DNA of 40,367 nucleotides from a virus: IMG/VR virus record IMGVR_UViG_3300045988_046182, positions 1 to 40,367 of that record; one strand, 5' to 3'. Shown piece by piece: positions 7,876 to 16,157 of this stretch (position 1 is its first letter; each line of letters starts with the position of its first letter). The notes under the pieces were generated by a model. It saw only the letters and a program-made list of their open reading frames with translations, ran no database searches and was not told where the DNA came from. The position numbers and the translations under genes were made by a program.

Positions 7876-9159
7876 TTATTCCCAGTAATCTCTTATAAAT
7901 GGTATTTTGTAACCACGGATTGATTTACCATCAACTTTATATGGTTGGTTAGGTATTCCTCTCCTCATAAGCTCATTAGCAAGTGCTTTCTTTTCTTTTA
8001 TATTGAGCTTTTCAGCTATTTCTGTAAGCTTGTACACTCTCAAGTCGTTACTTTCCCAGTCTACTTTGTCATCTAATATGATTGATATATCTGTTTGAGC
8101 ATTGAATTGTCTATTAATTATTTTTTGTTTCGCTTCTTCCTCTTTGGTCAACCAATCAATACTATAATTAGTCAACCACATATCATATACTGCGCCCCAA
8201 AACTCAAACATATTGAAATTGTCAAACTCTTCTATATTACAAGATTTAACAGGAATTACCCAAAACCTTCTTGAACCTGTTTCATCTTTTAAGAAATCTT
8301 TTTTATTAACATTAGCAATATAACTTGTTAGCCTTGGATATATTTCAGCGACACGACCAAACGGAACTCTATATTCATCAGTTGTATTAGTTAAAAACTG
8401 CTTAATTTTACCTTGGTCAGCTTTTAAAGTTGTATCTAATTCTGCTAACTCAACAAGAATATATTTAGTATTTTGGATCACGCTATCAGTTTTATCAGGG
8501 TCTAAAGATACTCCATCTTTGAACAAGTCATTAAGTGGCATTAATTTACGTGCAAACGTTGATTTACGGCACCCTTGTTCCCCTTGGAGTGTTAATACTC
8601 CGTTAGAACTATAACGGTTTTCTAGCTCATTGTGAGCCATTTTAACAACATTTAGAAGCCATTTATAGAACAAAGTGAAATAATACTCCGCATCTTCTAA
8701 AGCATCATCTTGAAGTGTTAAACACTTTTCAAACACATCAAGCACTATATCGTGATTATCATTTCTGTACTTCTTCAACATATCTACAAAGGGATTTATT
8801 TCTTTTCTATTAGCTATATCAATTAAATATTCGTCGCATACCGCCCTATTAAGATTTAAACCTTCTTTTACTTGTAAATCATATACAAATGTCAGCATTT
8901 CACCTCTTTTTTTAAATTTTCTACCTTCCATTTGTAAAGTTAATTCATGAGTTATCTTATTCATAACTGGATTTATTCCATAATGATTTAACAAATATTC
9001 TAAATTTGCCATTGTTTTTATCGGAACTGTTCCACCATCTTTTAAATATTTAACCTCCGGAAATTGTATAAGAGAAACGTTACTCTTTTTATTTTTAACA
9101 TCATTAATTGAAAAAACTTTTTTAGTGTTTTGCATTTTAATATCCTCCTTATTTACCAT
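7876..9159 (-). CDS. VirE-family primase C-terminal / D5-type helicase replication protein
   Basis: Walker A LQGEQGCRKSTF, with flanking similarity to the VirE (PF05272-type) pattern. Confidence 0.6.
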   Translation of the reverse strand: MVNKEDIKMQNTKKVFSINDVKNKKSNVSLIQFPEVKYLKDGGTVPIKTMANLEYLLNHYGINPVMNKITHELTLQMEGRKFKKRGEMLTFVYDLQVKEGLNLNRAVCDEYLIDIANRKEINPFVDMLKKYRNDNHDIVLDVFEKCLTLQDDALEDAEYYFTLFYKWLLNVVKMAHNELENRYSSNGVLTLQGEQGCRKSTFARKLMPLNDLFKDGVSLDPDKTDSVIQNTKYILVELAELDTTLKADQGKIKQFLTNTTDEYRVPFGRVAEIYPRLTSYIANVNKKDFLKDETGSRRFWVIPVKSCNIEEFDNFNMFEFWGAVYDMWLTNYSIDWLTKEEEAKQKIINRQFNAQTDISIILDDKVDWESNDLRVYKLTEIAEKLNIKEKKALANELMRRGIPNQPYKVDGKSIRGYKIPFIRDYWE

Positions 9160-9277
9160 TAACTATTTCCATTATAGCGATATGAATAGGTTTTTCACCT
9201 CTCCAATTATCAAACGCTTTTTTCTCTTTTTCAGTAAGATAGAATTTAACTTGTTTACTTCTCTTACGATTTTTCAT
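9149..9277 (-). CDS. Small basic protein (42 aa), coupled to the VirE-like gene
   Basis: GAGGTG RBS; stop overlaps the RBS of the next gene. Confidence 0.3.
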   Translation of the reverse strand: MKNRKRSKQVKFYLTEKEKKAFDNWRGEKPIHIAIMEIVNGK

Positions 9278-9342
9278 ATTATCACCTCGCAAGACAATAA
9301 TAACATAGTGAGTACACACTTGTAAAGTATTTTTTTATTTAT

Positions 9343-9370
9343 TGACAAAATAATTAAGTAAGTGTATAAT
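9343..9370 (+). promoter_or_regulatory. The only plus-strand copy of the promoter cassette (TTGACA-16-TATAAT)
   Basis: ttgacaaaataattaagtaagtgtataat. Confidence 0.55.
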
Positions 9371-9401
9371 TAACTTATAAATATTCTTAGGAGGTATTAT
9401 C

Positions 9402-9527
9402 ATGGGTAGATTTATATGTGAAGCTATTCCTTATAATGGATTTAAGGAGAGAATTAAAATATGTAAGGAGCTACAAAAGAAAAGAATGAGATTCAGCATA
9501 GAAGGAAATATTATATTTGTTTATTAG
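9402..9527 (+). CDS. Small plus-strand protein (41 aa), the only convincing plus-strand gene
   Basis: AGGAGG 7 nt upstream of the ATG. Translation: MGRFICEAIPYNGFKERIKICKELQKKRMRFSIEGNIIFVY. Confidence 0.45.
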   Translation: MGRFICEAIPYNGFKERIKICKELQKKRMRFSIEGNIIFVY

Positions 9528-9565
9528 AGGAGGGTTGACCTTCTCTTTTTTTATGCGATTAAAAC

Positions 9566-9593
9566 AAAAAAAAGAAGAGGATTGCTCCCCTTC
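9566..9593. terminator. Bidirectional intrinsic terminator shared by the convergent small genes
   Basis: GAAGAGGAttgcTCCCCTTC stem with A8 on one side and a T run on the other. Confidence 0.45.
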
Positions 9594-9731
9594 CTAAAAT
9601 CCAAACCAATTAGGTAAATTATAAAACCAATCAGCTATTAAAGCTCCTATAAAAGCTATAGCAACGACTAATATTGGTGCTACAACTGTAAAAAACATAT
9701 TTCTTAAAAACTTTTTATAATTCCATTTCAT
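9594..9731 (-). CDS. Small hydrophobic single-TM peptide (45 aa)
   Basis: MKWNYKKFLRNMFFTVVAPILVVAIAFIGALIADWFYNLPNWFGF. GGAGG RBS, and its own consensus promoter. Confidence 0.5.
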   Translation of the reverse strand: MKWNYKKFLRNMFFTVVAPILVVAIAFIGALIADWFYNLPNWFGF

Positions 9732-9763
9732 AATTAATACCTCCAAATATTTACTATATCTAA

Positions 9764-9791
9764 ATTATAACACACTTAATTATATTGTCAA
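9764..9791 (-). promoter_or_regulatory. Promoter cassette copy (TTGACA-16-TATAAT)
   Basis: Minus strand ttgacaatataattaagtgtgttataat. Confidence 0.55.
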
Positions 9792-9800
9792 TAATAAAAT

Positions 9801-9872
9801 AAAAAAAAAGAGAGGAATTTTTCCTCTCGTCTTAGGGGTGAGTATATTTTATCAAAGGAGAATTTCATGTCC
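9801..9872 (-). ncRNA. Candidate small RNA: promoter to terminator unit of about 70 nt
   Basis: Promoter at 9879-9907, then ggacaugaaauucuccuuugauaaaauauacucaccccuaagac, then hairpin GAGAGGAaaaauuCCUCUC (9810-9828) plus a U9 run. CUCCUUU anti-SD motif; no RBS. Confidence 0.35.
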
Positions 9873-9878
9873 AACTAT

Positions 9879-9907
9879 ATTATAGCAAACTTAACTATCG
9901 TTGTCAA
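9879..9907 (-). promoter_or_regulatory. Consensus sigma-A promoter TTGACA-17-TATAAT
   Basis: Minus strand ttgacaacgatagttaagtttgctataat. Confidence 0.5.
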
Positions 9908-10197
9908 TCTTTTAACGTTTGTTCGATTAACTTTTTGTAATCTTCCTTATAATCCATTATAGCGGGTTTGAGTGTTGGTCTTGCGGGTTGTCTGCTCGTT
10001 CCGTTTTCTAAATCACTTTGTTAACATAAAGGCTTTTTATCCTCTATTTCTTATAGTTTCCTATAAGGTCGGCGTACATCACATTCCTAGAAGGAATAAG
10101 GACACTCTTGGGCGTATTATATTCTTTTAAAAAGTTTCAACACCTACGCTCTACGGTGAGCCACATCTTTTAAAATGTGCTTTACCTCGGTATTAGC
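9908..10197 (-). other. 290-bp noncoding segment downstream of the HNH gene with a locally GC-rich core; candidate structured RNA or DNA site
   Basis: No ORF longer than 20 aa on either strand. 9961-10005 (agcgggtttgagtgttggtcttgcgggttgtctgctcgttccg) is far more GC-rich than its surroundings. Confidence 0.3.
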
Positions 10198-10875
10198 TTA
10201 TTGTTTGAATAATTCATCTAGAGTTATATTTTCGTTATTTTTATATCTAGCATGAACCATAGTATATTTTAAGTTGAATAATTCGCACCACTCAATTAAA
10301 CATTTTGTGGTGTTGCCTATTGTTATTAATATATTACTACTTCTGTTTCTAGATTGTGTTTTCATATCTACCCATCGGCAATTATTAGGTTCATAATTTC
10401 CGTTATTGTCTATTCTATCTATAGTCAAGTTTTTAGAATAACCGTTAGAAATAGACCACATATAAAACTTTTCAAAATCAAGCCATTCATCACATATTTT
10501 TATTCCTCTTCCTCCATAATTCGCAAACCTTGTATCGTTCGGATTAAAAATACGTTTTTTCATACCTTGCCAAGTTTTATATATTCTTGTTTTAGATAAG
10601 TTATGAGTAGTTTGATTTAAATTTAATTTATCTTGTTCTTTTTTTAAGCAACCACAACTTTTAATTGAACCATCTTGCAAAGAATCACTTCTAGCTGTTT
10701 TAAAATTTCCACAATCACATATACAATCCCAATAAGTTTTTCTGCTCTTCTTATCACTTAAACCTAGAACTGTTAATCTTCCAAATTTCATGCCAATTAA
10801 ATTTTTAATATTTTTATTCATGTTATCACCTCTCTTTTGTTGTACCACATTCGAGGGGTATTTGTCAATTAACAA
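10198..10875 (-). CDS. HNH endonuclease with N-terminal Cys-rich zinc-binding motif
   Basis: N-terminal FGRLTVLG...WDCICDCGN...SCGC. C-terminal LTIDRIDNNGNYEPNNCRWV HNH motif. Confidence 0.65.
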   Translation of the reverse strand: MLIDKYPSNVVQQKRGDNMNKNIKNLIGMKFGRLTVLGLSDKKSRKTYWDCICDCGNFKTARSDSLQDGSIKSCGCLKKEQDKLNLNQTTHNLSKTRIYKTWQGMKKRIFNPNDTRFANYGGRGIKICDEWLDFEKFYMWSISNGYSKNLTIDRIDNNGNYEPNNCRWVDMKTQSRNRSSNILITIGNTTKCLIEWCELFNLKYTMVHARYKNNENITLDELFKQ

Positions 10876-10932
10876 CTTAGCCTTTTCCGATTTTGCCCTT
10901 TTATTCGATATATGTTACCATATAAAGCCGCA

Positions 10933-11169
10933 TTAAAAACTATACGGAGCATATTCCACATTAGAACCTATGACAACCTTCTTTTCTTGGGTTTTAACTG
11001 CATAATTAGCACTATTCCTAAATCTTCCAGTATCAACGACTTTCTTAGCGGTGATAACTTTTTGCCATATACTAACCGCTTTCAATCCAACTGCATTTAA
11101 GCACTTTATAACCTTGCTATCCATTTCTTTTTTGAATACATTGGCGTTGTTTTCAAACTTTATTTTCAT
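10933..11169 (-). CDS. Hypothetical structural-module protein (78 aa), possibly HK97 gp10-like, ending in VEYAPYSF
   Basis: Start is translationally coupled (ATGA) to the end of the MuF-like gene. Confidence 0.35.
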   Translation of the reverse strand: MKIKFENNANVFKKEMDSKVIKCLNAVGLKAVSIWQKVITAKKVVDTGRFRNSANYAVKTQEKKVVIGSNVEYAPYSF

Positions 11170-12386
11170 TGCTTTAATTCCTTTAATTTTCTTTGCATAC
11201 TTTTTATGTCTTTTATCAAGCTTGTTTTGCTTCTTTTTGTCTTTGACAATTCCCTTATTACATCATCTACTTTCCTGTTGCCAAATTGAATTCCGCTGAC
11301 TGGATAGTATTGTTTCGCTAAATCTAAAGCTACCTTGTTTAGTTGCTTTTCTGTCATAACTTTTAATTCTTTATCTTGGTAAAATTTAATTTTATTCTTA
11401 ACTTCCTTCTTGGTTACTTTTTTTGCTTTTTCTTTAGTTGTTGTTCGTTTTTTATTTTCCTCTTTTGTTATTTTAGATTCTTTAATTTTATTTTTTTCTT
11501 TCCTTTCTTGCCACTCTTCAAAACTCATTTTCCTAAGTTTTTCATCAAGTTCTTTTTCTTTTTCTCCTTTTTCAAAACCTACAAATTCAGTAGTCATAGT
11601 GCATCTACAACGGATTACTTCTCTCGCTCCACCGTTTGGGTCGCCCGGGTACATCAAACCATTACTAAAAGGCTTATCCAAGTCAACTATTTCACCATTA
11701 ACTCTCTGATGTGATTCCCTAGTTCTTTTATCCATTGTAGCTAACCAAGATTTTTGAATCTTCAATCCTTTCTTTTCTGCGAACTTATAACTGTCTAATC
11801 TACCTACATTTTCTATTCTGGTCGTTTCAGTTCTAGCAATTCTAAGAGAATCATTATAGTTCTTTTCAGTTATTTTTTTAATTCTTGAAGCTATCTTCTG
11901 CATACTCTCACCTTGTAGAAGTCCACTAGCAAGAGCTTTCTTTAATTCCTTATACAAAGTAGTCTTATCTGTTAAATCATCAATAGCCATCAAGGTAAAC
12001 GGGTTTATCTCTTCTTTTAATAATAACTTGATAGCGTTTCTATTATAAAGTGTATACCCTATATCTTTAGCAACTGCCTTTTCTACTTCATAAGCACTCC
12101 AATTATAGTTTAAAGAGTAAATATCTATCATATCATCGTTCATAATGTCCATAGCAACCTTATTAGCATTATTAACAACTAGCGACATCTCTCTTATAAT
12201 GGCTTCTAAACGCTTTTTCTGTTGTAATTGATTATATATCTGTTGTGGTTCTTTGGTGGTGCCTATTCGGCTTATAAGAGTATTTAATTTACTTTTTAAT
12301 TCTCTTAAAGCATCAGAATATAATTCCTCAATGTTCTTTTCTAGCTTAGCAAGGATTTTATCAGTTTCTTTATGTGCTTTATCCAT
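11166..12386 (-). CDS. Minor head protein, Mu F / SPP1 gp7-like head morphogenesis domain, with Lys-rich C-terminal tail
   Basis: RIARTETTRIEN...MDKRTRESHQRVNGEIVDLDKPF...REVIRCRCT. Confidence 0.7.
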   Translation of the reverse strand: MDKAHKETDKILAKLEKNIEELYSDALRELKSKLNTLISRIGTTKEPQQIYNQLQQKKRLEAIIREMSLVVNNANKVAMDIMNDDMIDIYSLNYNWSAYEVEKAVAKDIGYTLYNRNAIKLLLKEEINPFTLMAIDDLTDKTTLYKELKKALASGLLQGESMQKIASRIKKITEKNYNDSLRIARTETTRIENVGRLDSYKFAEKKGLKIQKSWLATMDKRTRESHQRVNGEIVDLDKPFSNGLMYPGDPNGGAREVIRCRCTMTTEFVGFEKGEKEKELDEKLRKMSFEEWQERKEKNKIKESKITKEENKKRTTTKEKAKKVTKKEVKNKIKFYQDKELKVMTEKQLNKVALDLAKQYYPVSGIQFGNRKVDDVIRELSKTKRSKTSLIKDIKSMQRKLKELKQ

Positions 12387-12426
12387 AATATCACCTCTCT
12401 TTAATTATACTAAAAAAGAGATAGCA

Positions 12427-12690
12427 TTACACTACCTCTTCATAAGTCTTTTCGAATATATCGGGTTTGCAAGGATAAAATTCACCTTTAATACCTTTTA
12501 TAATATAATCACCTTCCGTTGCGGTTATAACTCCTTCTAAAGTCTTTATATCACAATAAGATTTTCCGTTTATAGTTTTTTCTGTTCTGAAATTGTAAGC
12601 TTTTCCATTTGTAAATTCTTTAATTTCTTCAAAACAATCTCGAGTAAATTTTACCGCTTCTACTACAACTGGTTTTTTTCTATATTTCAT
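12427..12690 (-). CDS. Hypothetical protein (87 aa)
   Basis: ORF with GGAGG RBS. Confidence 0.4.
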   Translation of the reverse strand: MKYRKKPVVVEAVKFTRDCFEEIKEFTNGKAYNFRTEKTINGKSYCDIKTLEGVITATEGDYIIKGIKGEFYPCKPDIFEKTYEEVV

Positions 12691-12728
12691 GAAATCACCT
12701 CCTGTATTAATTATATCACAATTATAAA

Positions 12729-14084
12729 TTAATTAAAACCTCCTTCGGGTTCTTTCAATTTAAATTTATCAGCAACTTCTTCATCTATTAGTTGCTTTTC
12801 TAACTTAACATCATCTATCATAGGGTGACTTCTTAAAGCAGTATCTAAACTCATTATAGAAGCACTAACAGAATTAATTATATTATTAATTACTTCTGTT
12901 TCATCTACTAACCTATTTCTAACGAAATTAATAGAATATTTCTCATTAGGTTTTTTGATGTATTCTAAATATAATTGGATTATATTGTCACAAAAATCTA
13001 AGCAACCAGTTTCAAATTCGTCGGTCTTTAAATCTAAGTCCATCATATTAGCTTTTATAGCAACGTTAGTTAAACTACCACCTGCTAATATAGAAGTATC
13101 AAGTCCCATAGCGTCAGAGTATATCGATTTATTTAACATATTTAGAATGGTTTCTCTAGCTTGGTATGGAACTTCTAAAGTGTGAGGAGTTGCGTCACCA
13201 TCTTCGTCAACGTTTATCATTTTATACTGTTTTAAATCACTTAAAAAATCTCCCGCTTCTCCATTATAGTTTTTTAAAGCCCAGTAAATATCTTCATTAT
13301 CCTCAAAGTTATTAGAAAAATCAGAATAAACGATATCGTATAAGTCGATTTTCTGTTTCAAAGCAAATGTAAATCTTGATGTTCTTATATCATTTGCATA
13401 TAAAGGGAATATTGGAAGTCTACTGAATCCTTCTTGTCCGATTTCTCTCTCCTCTATAGCATCTTTAACGGTCTTGATAATGTAATTCTTCTTAGGTTCT
13501 GTTATCTCTATTTTATTTTTATCACACTTATACTCTGTCTTTCCATCCTCTTCATACAGTTCTATCCACATAGGTTTATCTGTATCTATTTGCCAAAATC
13601 TTACCCCTGCTCTAACTTGACCTGTTCTTTCATCTTCTAGTGGTATAAATTCAGTTCCTCTCCATATATCGATATCAAACTGTCCTTTGGAGTTAATAAA
13701 ACAATAGCCCCAACCCACACCGTCAACAAGTGCAGCAGTTCCACATCTTTTAAGTTTAATATCGAATTTCTTCCCTAAACCTTCTTTGACTTTTTCTTCT
13801 GTCATAAGTCCGTTTGCTAATAGATAACTAACCTCTTGCTTAATTATCTTAGGAAATAGCGTATTAGCAATTTTATTATTAGCCTTAAACTTATCTACTA
13901 CTTGCCTTCCTAAACTATCATAAAGCCATTTAAGACGGTTCTTAATCTTTGTGTTATCTTCTCTATAATACGCTTGTGCTTCTATAGCATTATTATATTT
14001 ACTCGTTCCTTTAAATTCCTGTATAGCTTGGAGGATAAAAGAAGCTTTATCCCCACTAGCTTGAAAGTCTTGGAATGTTTTCAT
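12729..14084 (-). CDS. Portal protein (SPP1-like)
   Basis: 451 aa directly downstream of the terminase genes; acidic. Confidence 0.7.
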   Translation of the reverse strand: MKTFQDFQASGDKASFILQAIQEFKGTSKYNNAIEAQAYYREDNTKIKNRLKWLYDSLGRQVVDKFKANNKIANTLFPKIIKQEVSYLLANGLMTEEKVKEGLGKKFDIKLKRCGTAALVDGVGWGYCFINSKGQFDIDIWRGTEFIPLEDERTGQVRAGVRFWQIDTDKPMWIELYEEDGKTEYKCDKNKIEITEPKKNYIIKTVKDAIEEREIGQEGFSRLPIFPLYANDIRTSRFTFALKQKIDLYDIVYSDFSNNFEDNEDIYWALKNYNGEAGDFLSDLKQYKMINVDEDGDATPHTLEVPYQARETILNMLNKSIYSDAMGLDTSILAGGSLTNVAIKANMMDLDLKTDEFETGCLDFCDNIIQLYLEYIKKPNEKYSINFVRNRLVDETEVINNIINSVSASIMSLDTALRSHPMIDDVKLEKQLIDEEVADKFKLKEPEGGFN

Positions 14085-14085
14085 T

Positions 14086-14292
14086 TTATTCCTCCTTTTC
14101 TAGTTCTCTTTTTAAATAAAATATAGCCTTCTCTAAATCTTGCTTTTTATTACCTTTGTGTTCACACCTAGCAATATACTTTATAGCGTTGCCTAAAGAA
14201 AAACCAAGCCCCCAGCCCTCTATAACGTCTATAACTTCATATTTTCCTTTGTTGTAGTGTTGTGGGTGGTTTACCATATCTACAAATTTCAT
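14086..14292 (-). CDS. DUF3310-family small phage protein
   Basis: N-terminal VNHPQHYNKGKYEVIDVIE motif. Confidence 0.5.
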   Translation of the reverse strand: MKFVDMVNHPQHYNKGKYEVIDVIEGWGLGFSLGNAIKYIARCEHKGNKKQDLEKAIFYLKRELEKEE

Positions 14293-14303
14293 CTCAATAC
14301 CTC

Positions 14304-15701
14304 CTAAAAAATCTTATTTGCACTAAAGCTACGTTTCTTTTTATATCTTTTTTCTAAAGTTTCATATACTCCTGTTACCGTATCTGGTGCATCATCATGC
14401 TTATTCTTCCCTTCTCTTTGATACCCTTGTAACTCTTCGTAAAACTCTCGCCACATAAGTTTCCAACCTTTAGGGAAATAAACATTTCTCATTACACCTG
14501 TACTACCTGTTAATATCCTTGCAACCTTATTAGCACTTTGGTGGAATGGTTTAAAAATAGTTATACTATTATTATACTCTGTTTTAGCAATTCTCTCAAC
14601 GTTTCTACTAAATCCACGACCACCATTATTACTTTCTATTCTAGCAAAATTAACATTATCCTTAGTGATCATTTCAGCACATTTCTTTTCTGTAGTTTCC
14701 ATTGATTCTTTAGTAAACAACACATCTAGTATATAAGCGTTTCCGTCTTGTCCTACTGCGTAATTTATACTACAAAGGCTATCAGCACCCTCGTCAGCGG
14801 TATCTGTGTAATTCTCTATTGCTCTTATATCCTTAGGAACTTCATCATATTCTAAAAAGTATTGATATAAAGCACCTTTTAAATCCATAGGCTCTTGTTG
14901 ATAGTTAGCTTTAAAAGTATCTTCACTCATTATTTTCATAGCTTTGTTATAGTCTTTCAAACTAAATATATCTTCGCATAGCATCTTATCGCCATTCTTA
15001 GCCTTGAAGTTTATATGAGTATATTTCGCACCTTCCTCTTCTAACATATCAATTATACGTCCCGCTAAGTCCTTAGTTCTCCATCTAGTCATTATGATAA
15101 GAACTTTCTTTTTGCCTTCTCTTCTTGATAGCATTGTGTTAACAAACCAATCCCAGTGCTTTTCTAAAACTGTTTCGTTGTTTGCTTCTTCATCTGACTT
15201 TATAAGGTCGTCTATAACCTCCATATCAGCACCAAATCCAGTTGCAGTTCCTGTCGGTGATGTTGCTAAGTAATTTATCTGTGAACTCGCATCGGTTTGC
15301 CATTTCTTAGCTTCTGCACTACCATATTTAATTTTGGTATTAGGGAAAATATCACTATATACAAAGGTTTCCCCTATCTTTTCAGTTTCTATAGTAGTTC
15401 TAACTTTTTTGCTGAAAGTCTTAGATAAATCTTCGTTGTATGATCCTGTCATAATCTTAAATGTAGCATCTTGTCCTAATACCCATTCTACAAAATTACC
15501 CGCAGTAAACGACTTTCCGTGTCTTGGTGGTGCATTAATTATCATATATTCATCATCATTATAATAAAAGTCTTCGAGAGCATTACAAAGTTCTATTAAA
15601 TATCTTCTTTCTTCTTTATAAAAGCTAGGATATAACAGTTTACAATACTCCCAAAATTCACGCCTTGCTAATTCGCATTGAAGTTGTTGTCTAAGATTCA
15701 T
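14304..15701 (-). CDS. terL: Terminase large subunit
   Basis: Walker A INAPPRHGKSF; nuclease-domain acidic residues; 465 aa. Confidence 0.8.
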   Translation of the reverse strand: MNLRQQLQCELARREFWEYCKLLYPSFYKEERRYLIELCNALEDFYYNDDEYMIINAPPRHGKSFTAGNFVEWVLGQDATFKIMTGSYNEDLSKTFSKKVRTTIETEKIGETFVYSDIFPNTKIKYGSAEAKKWQTDASSQINYLATSPTGTATGFGADMEVIDDLIKSDEEANNETVLEKHWDWFVNTMLSRREGKKKVLIIMTRWRTKDLAGRIIDMLEEEGAKYTHINFKAKNGDKMLCEDIFSLKDYNKAMKIMSEDTFKANYQQEPMDLKGALYQYFLEYDEVPKDIRAIENYTDTADEGADSLCSINYAVGQDGNAYILDVLFTKESMETTEKKCAEMITKDNVNFARIESNNGGRGFSRNVERIAKTEYNNSITIFKPFHQSANKVARILTGSTGVMRNVYFPKGWKLMWREFYEELQGYQREGKNKHDDAPDTVTGVYETLEKRYKKKRSFSANKIF

Positions 15702-16080
15702 TTCTTAACAACTCCTTTATATCCTCTTTAGATAAATGACTAAAATCAATGTTTTTATTAGTGTTGTTGTTTATATTAGTGTTTTCTGTTTCAATTCTAT
15801 CTCTATAACCAAATTTATTTTTAAGATAGAAAATTTTTGTTGTTGTATCTCTAGATTGAAGCACATTATCTTCTAAAATATCTTGAAATAATTTAAAAGT
15901 GTTCGGATATTTTGCTTCGTATTCATAAAAAGTTGTTCTACCTATTCCCATATGAACTACTGCTCCAGCTATATTCGGAAACCTCTCCGTTTCCTCACAA
16001 TATTCAAAATAATCTATTATAGCATTATAAAATTCTTCTTCTGTTTTGAAGATTCTAGGTTTTCCCGTTGGTCTTCTCAT
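15691..16080 (-). CDS. terS: Terminase small subunit
   Basis: HTH-like N-terminus (NIAGAVVHMGIGRTTFYEY); overlaps terL. Confidence 0.55.
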   Translation of the reverse strand: MRRPTGKPRIFKTEEEFYNAIIDYFEYCEETERFPNIAGAVVHMGIGRTTFYEYEAKYPNTFKLFQDILEDNVLQSRDTTTKIFYLKNKFGYRDRIETENTNINNNTNKNIDFSHLSKEDIKELLRNES

Positions 16081-16106
16081 ACCTCTACACCTCGCTTTCT
16101 ATCTAC

Positions 16107-16115
16107 ATTATACCA
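16107..16115 (-). promoter_or_regulatory. Extended -10 promoter (TGgTATAAT) upstream of terS; candidate late promoter
   Basis: Minus strand tggtataat about 30 nt upstream of the terS RBS, with no good -35. Confidence 0.35.
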
Positions 16116-16123
16116 TATTTACA

Positions 16124-16151
16124 CAATAAAAATACACCTCTTTCGAGGTGT
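16124..16151 (-). terminator. Intrinsic terminator between early/middle genes and terS
   Basis: Perfect ACACCTCgaaaGAGGTGT stem then T-rich run on the minus strand. Confidence 0.6.
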
Positions 16152-16157
16152 AAATTG

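Noticed and set aside
9961-10005. GC-rich core as a tRNA or tmRNA fragment marking attP.
   Set aside because: No GTTCRANYC T-loop or acceptor-CCA-like features on either strand, and no integrase in the genome.
9908-10197. Group I intron or homing cassette reading of the HNH gene plus downstream structured segment, with 10933..11169 as a truncated upstream exon.
   Set aside because: I could not find P/Q/R/S core elements or a continuation of the upstream ORF (such as a VEFGT motif) in any frame downstream. It is kept only as a low-confidence alternative in the findings.
10864-10900. Promoter TTGACA-18-TACAAC upstream of the HNH gene.
   Set aside because: Poor -10 hexamer and 18-nt spacer; the HNH gene is probably read through from the upstream structural operon.
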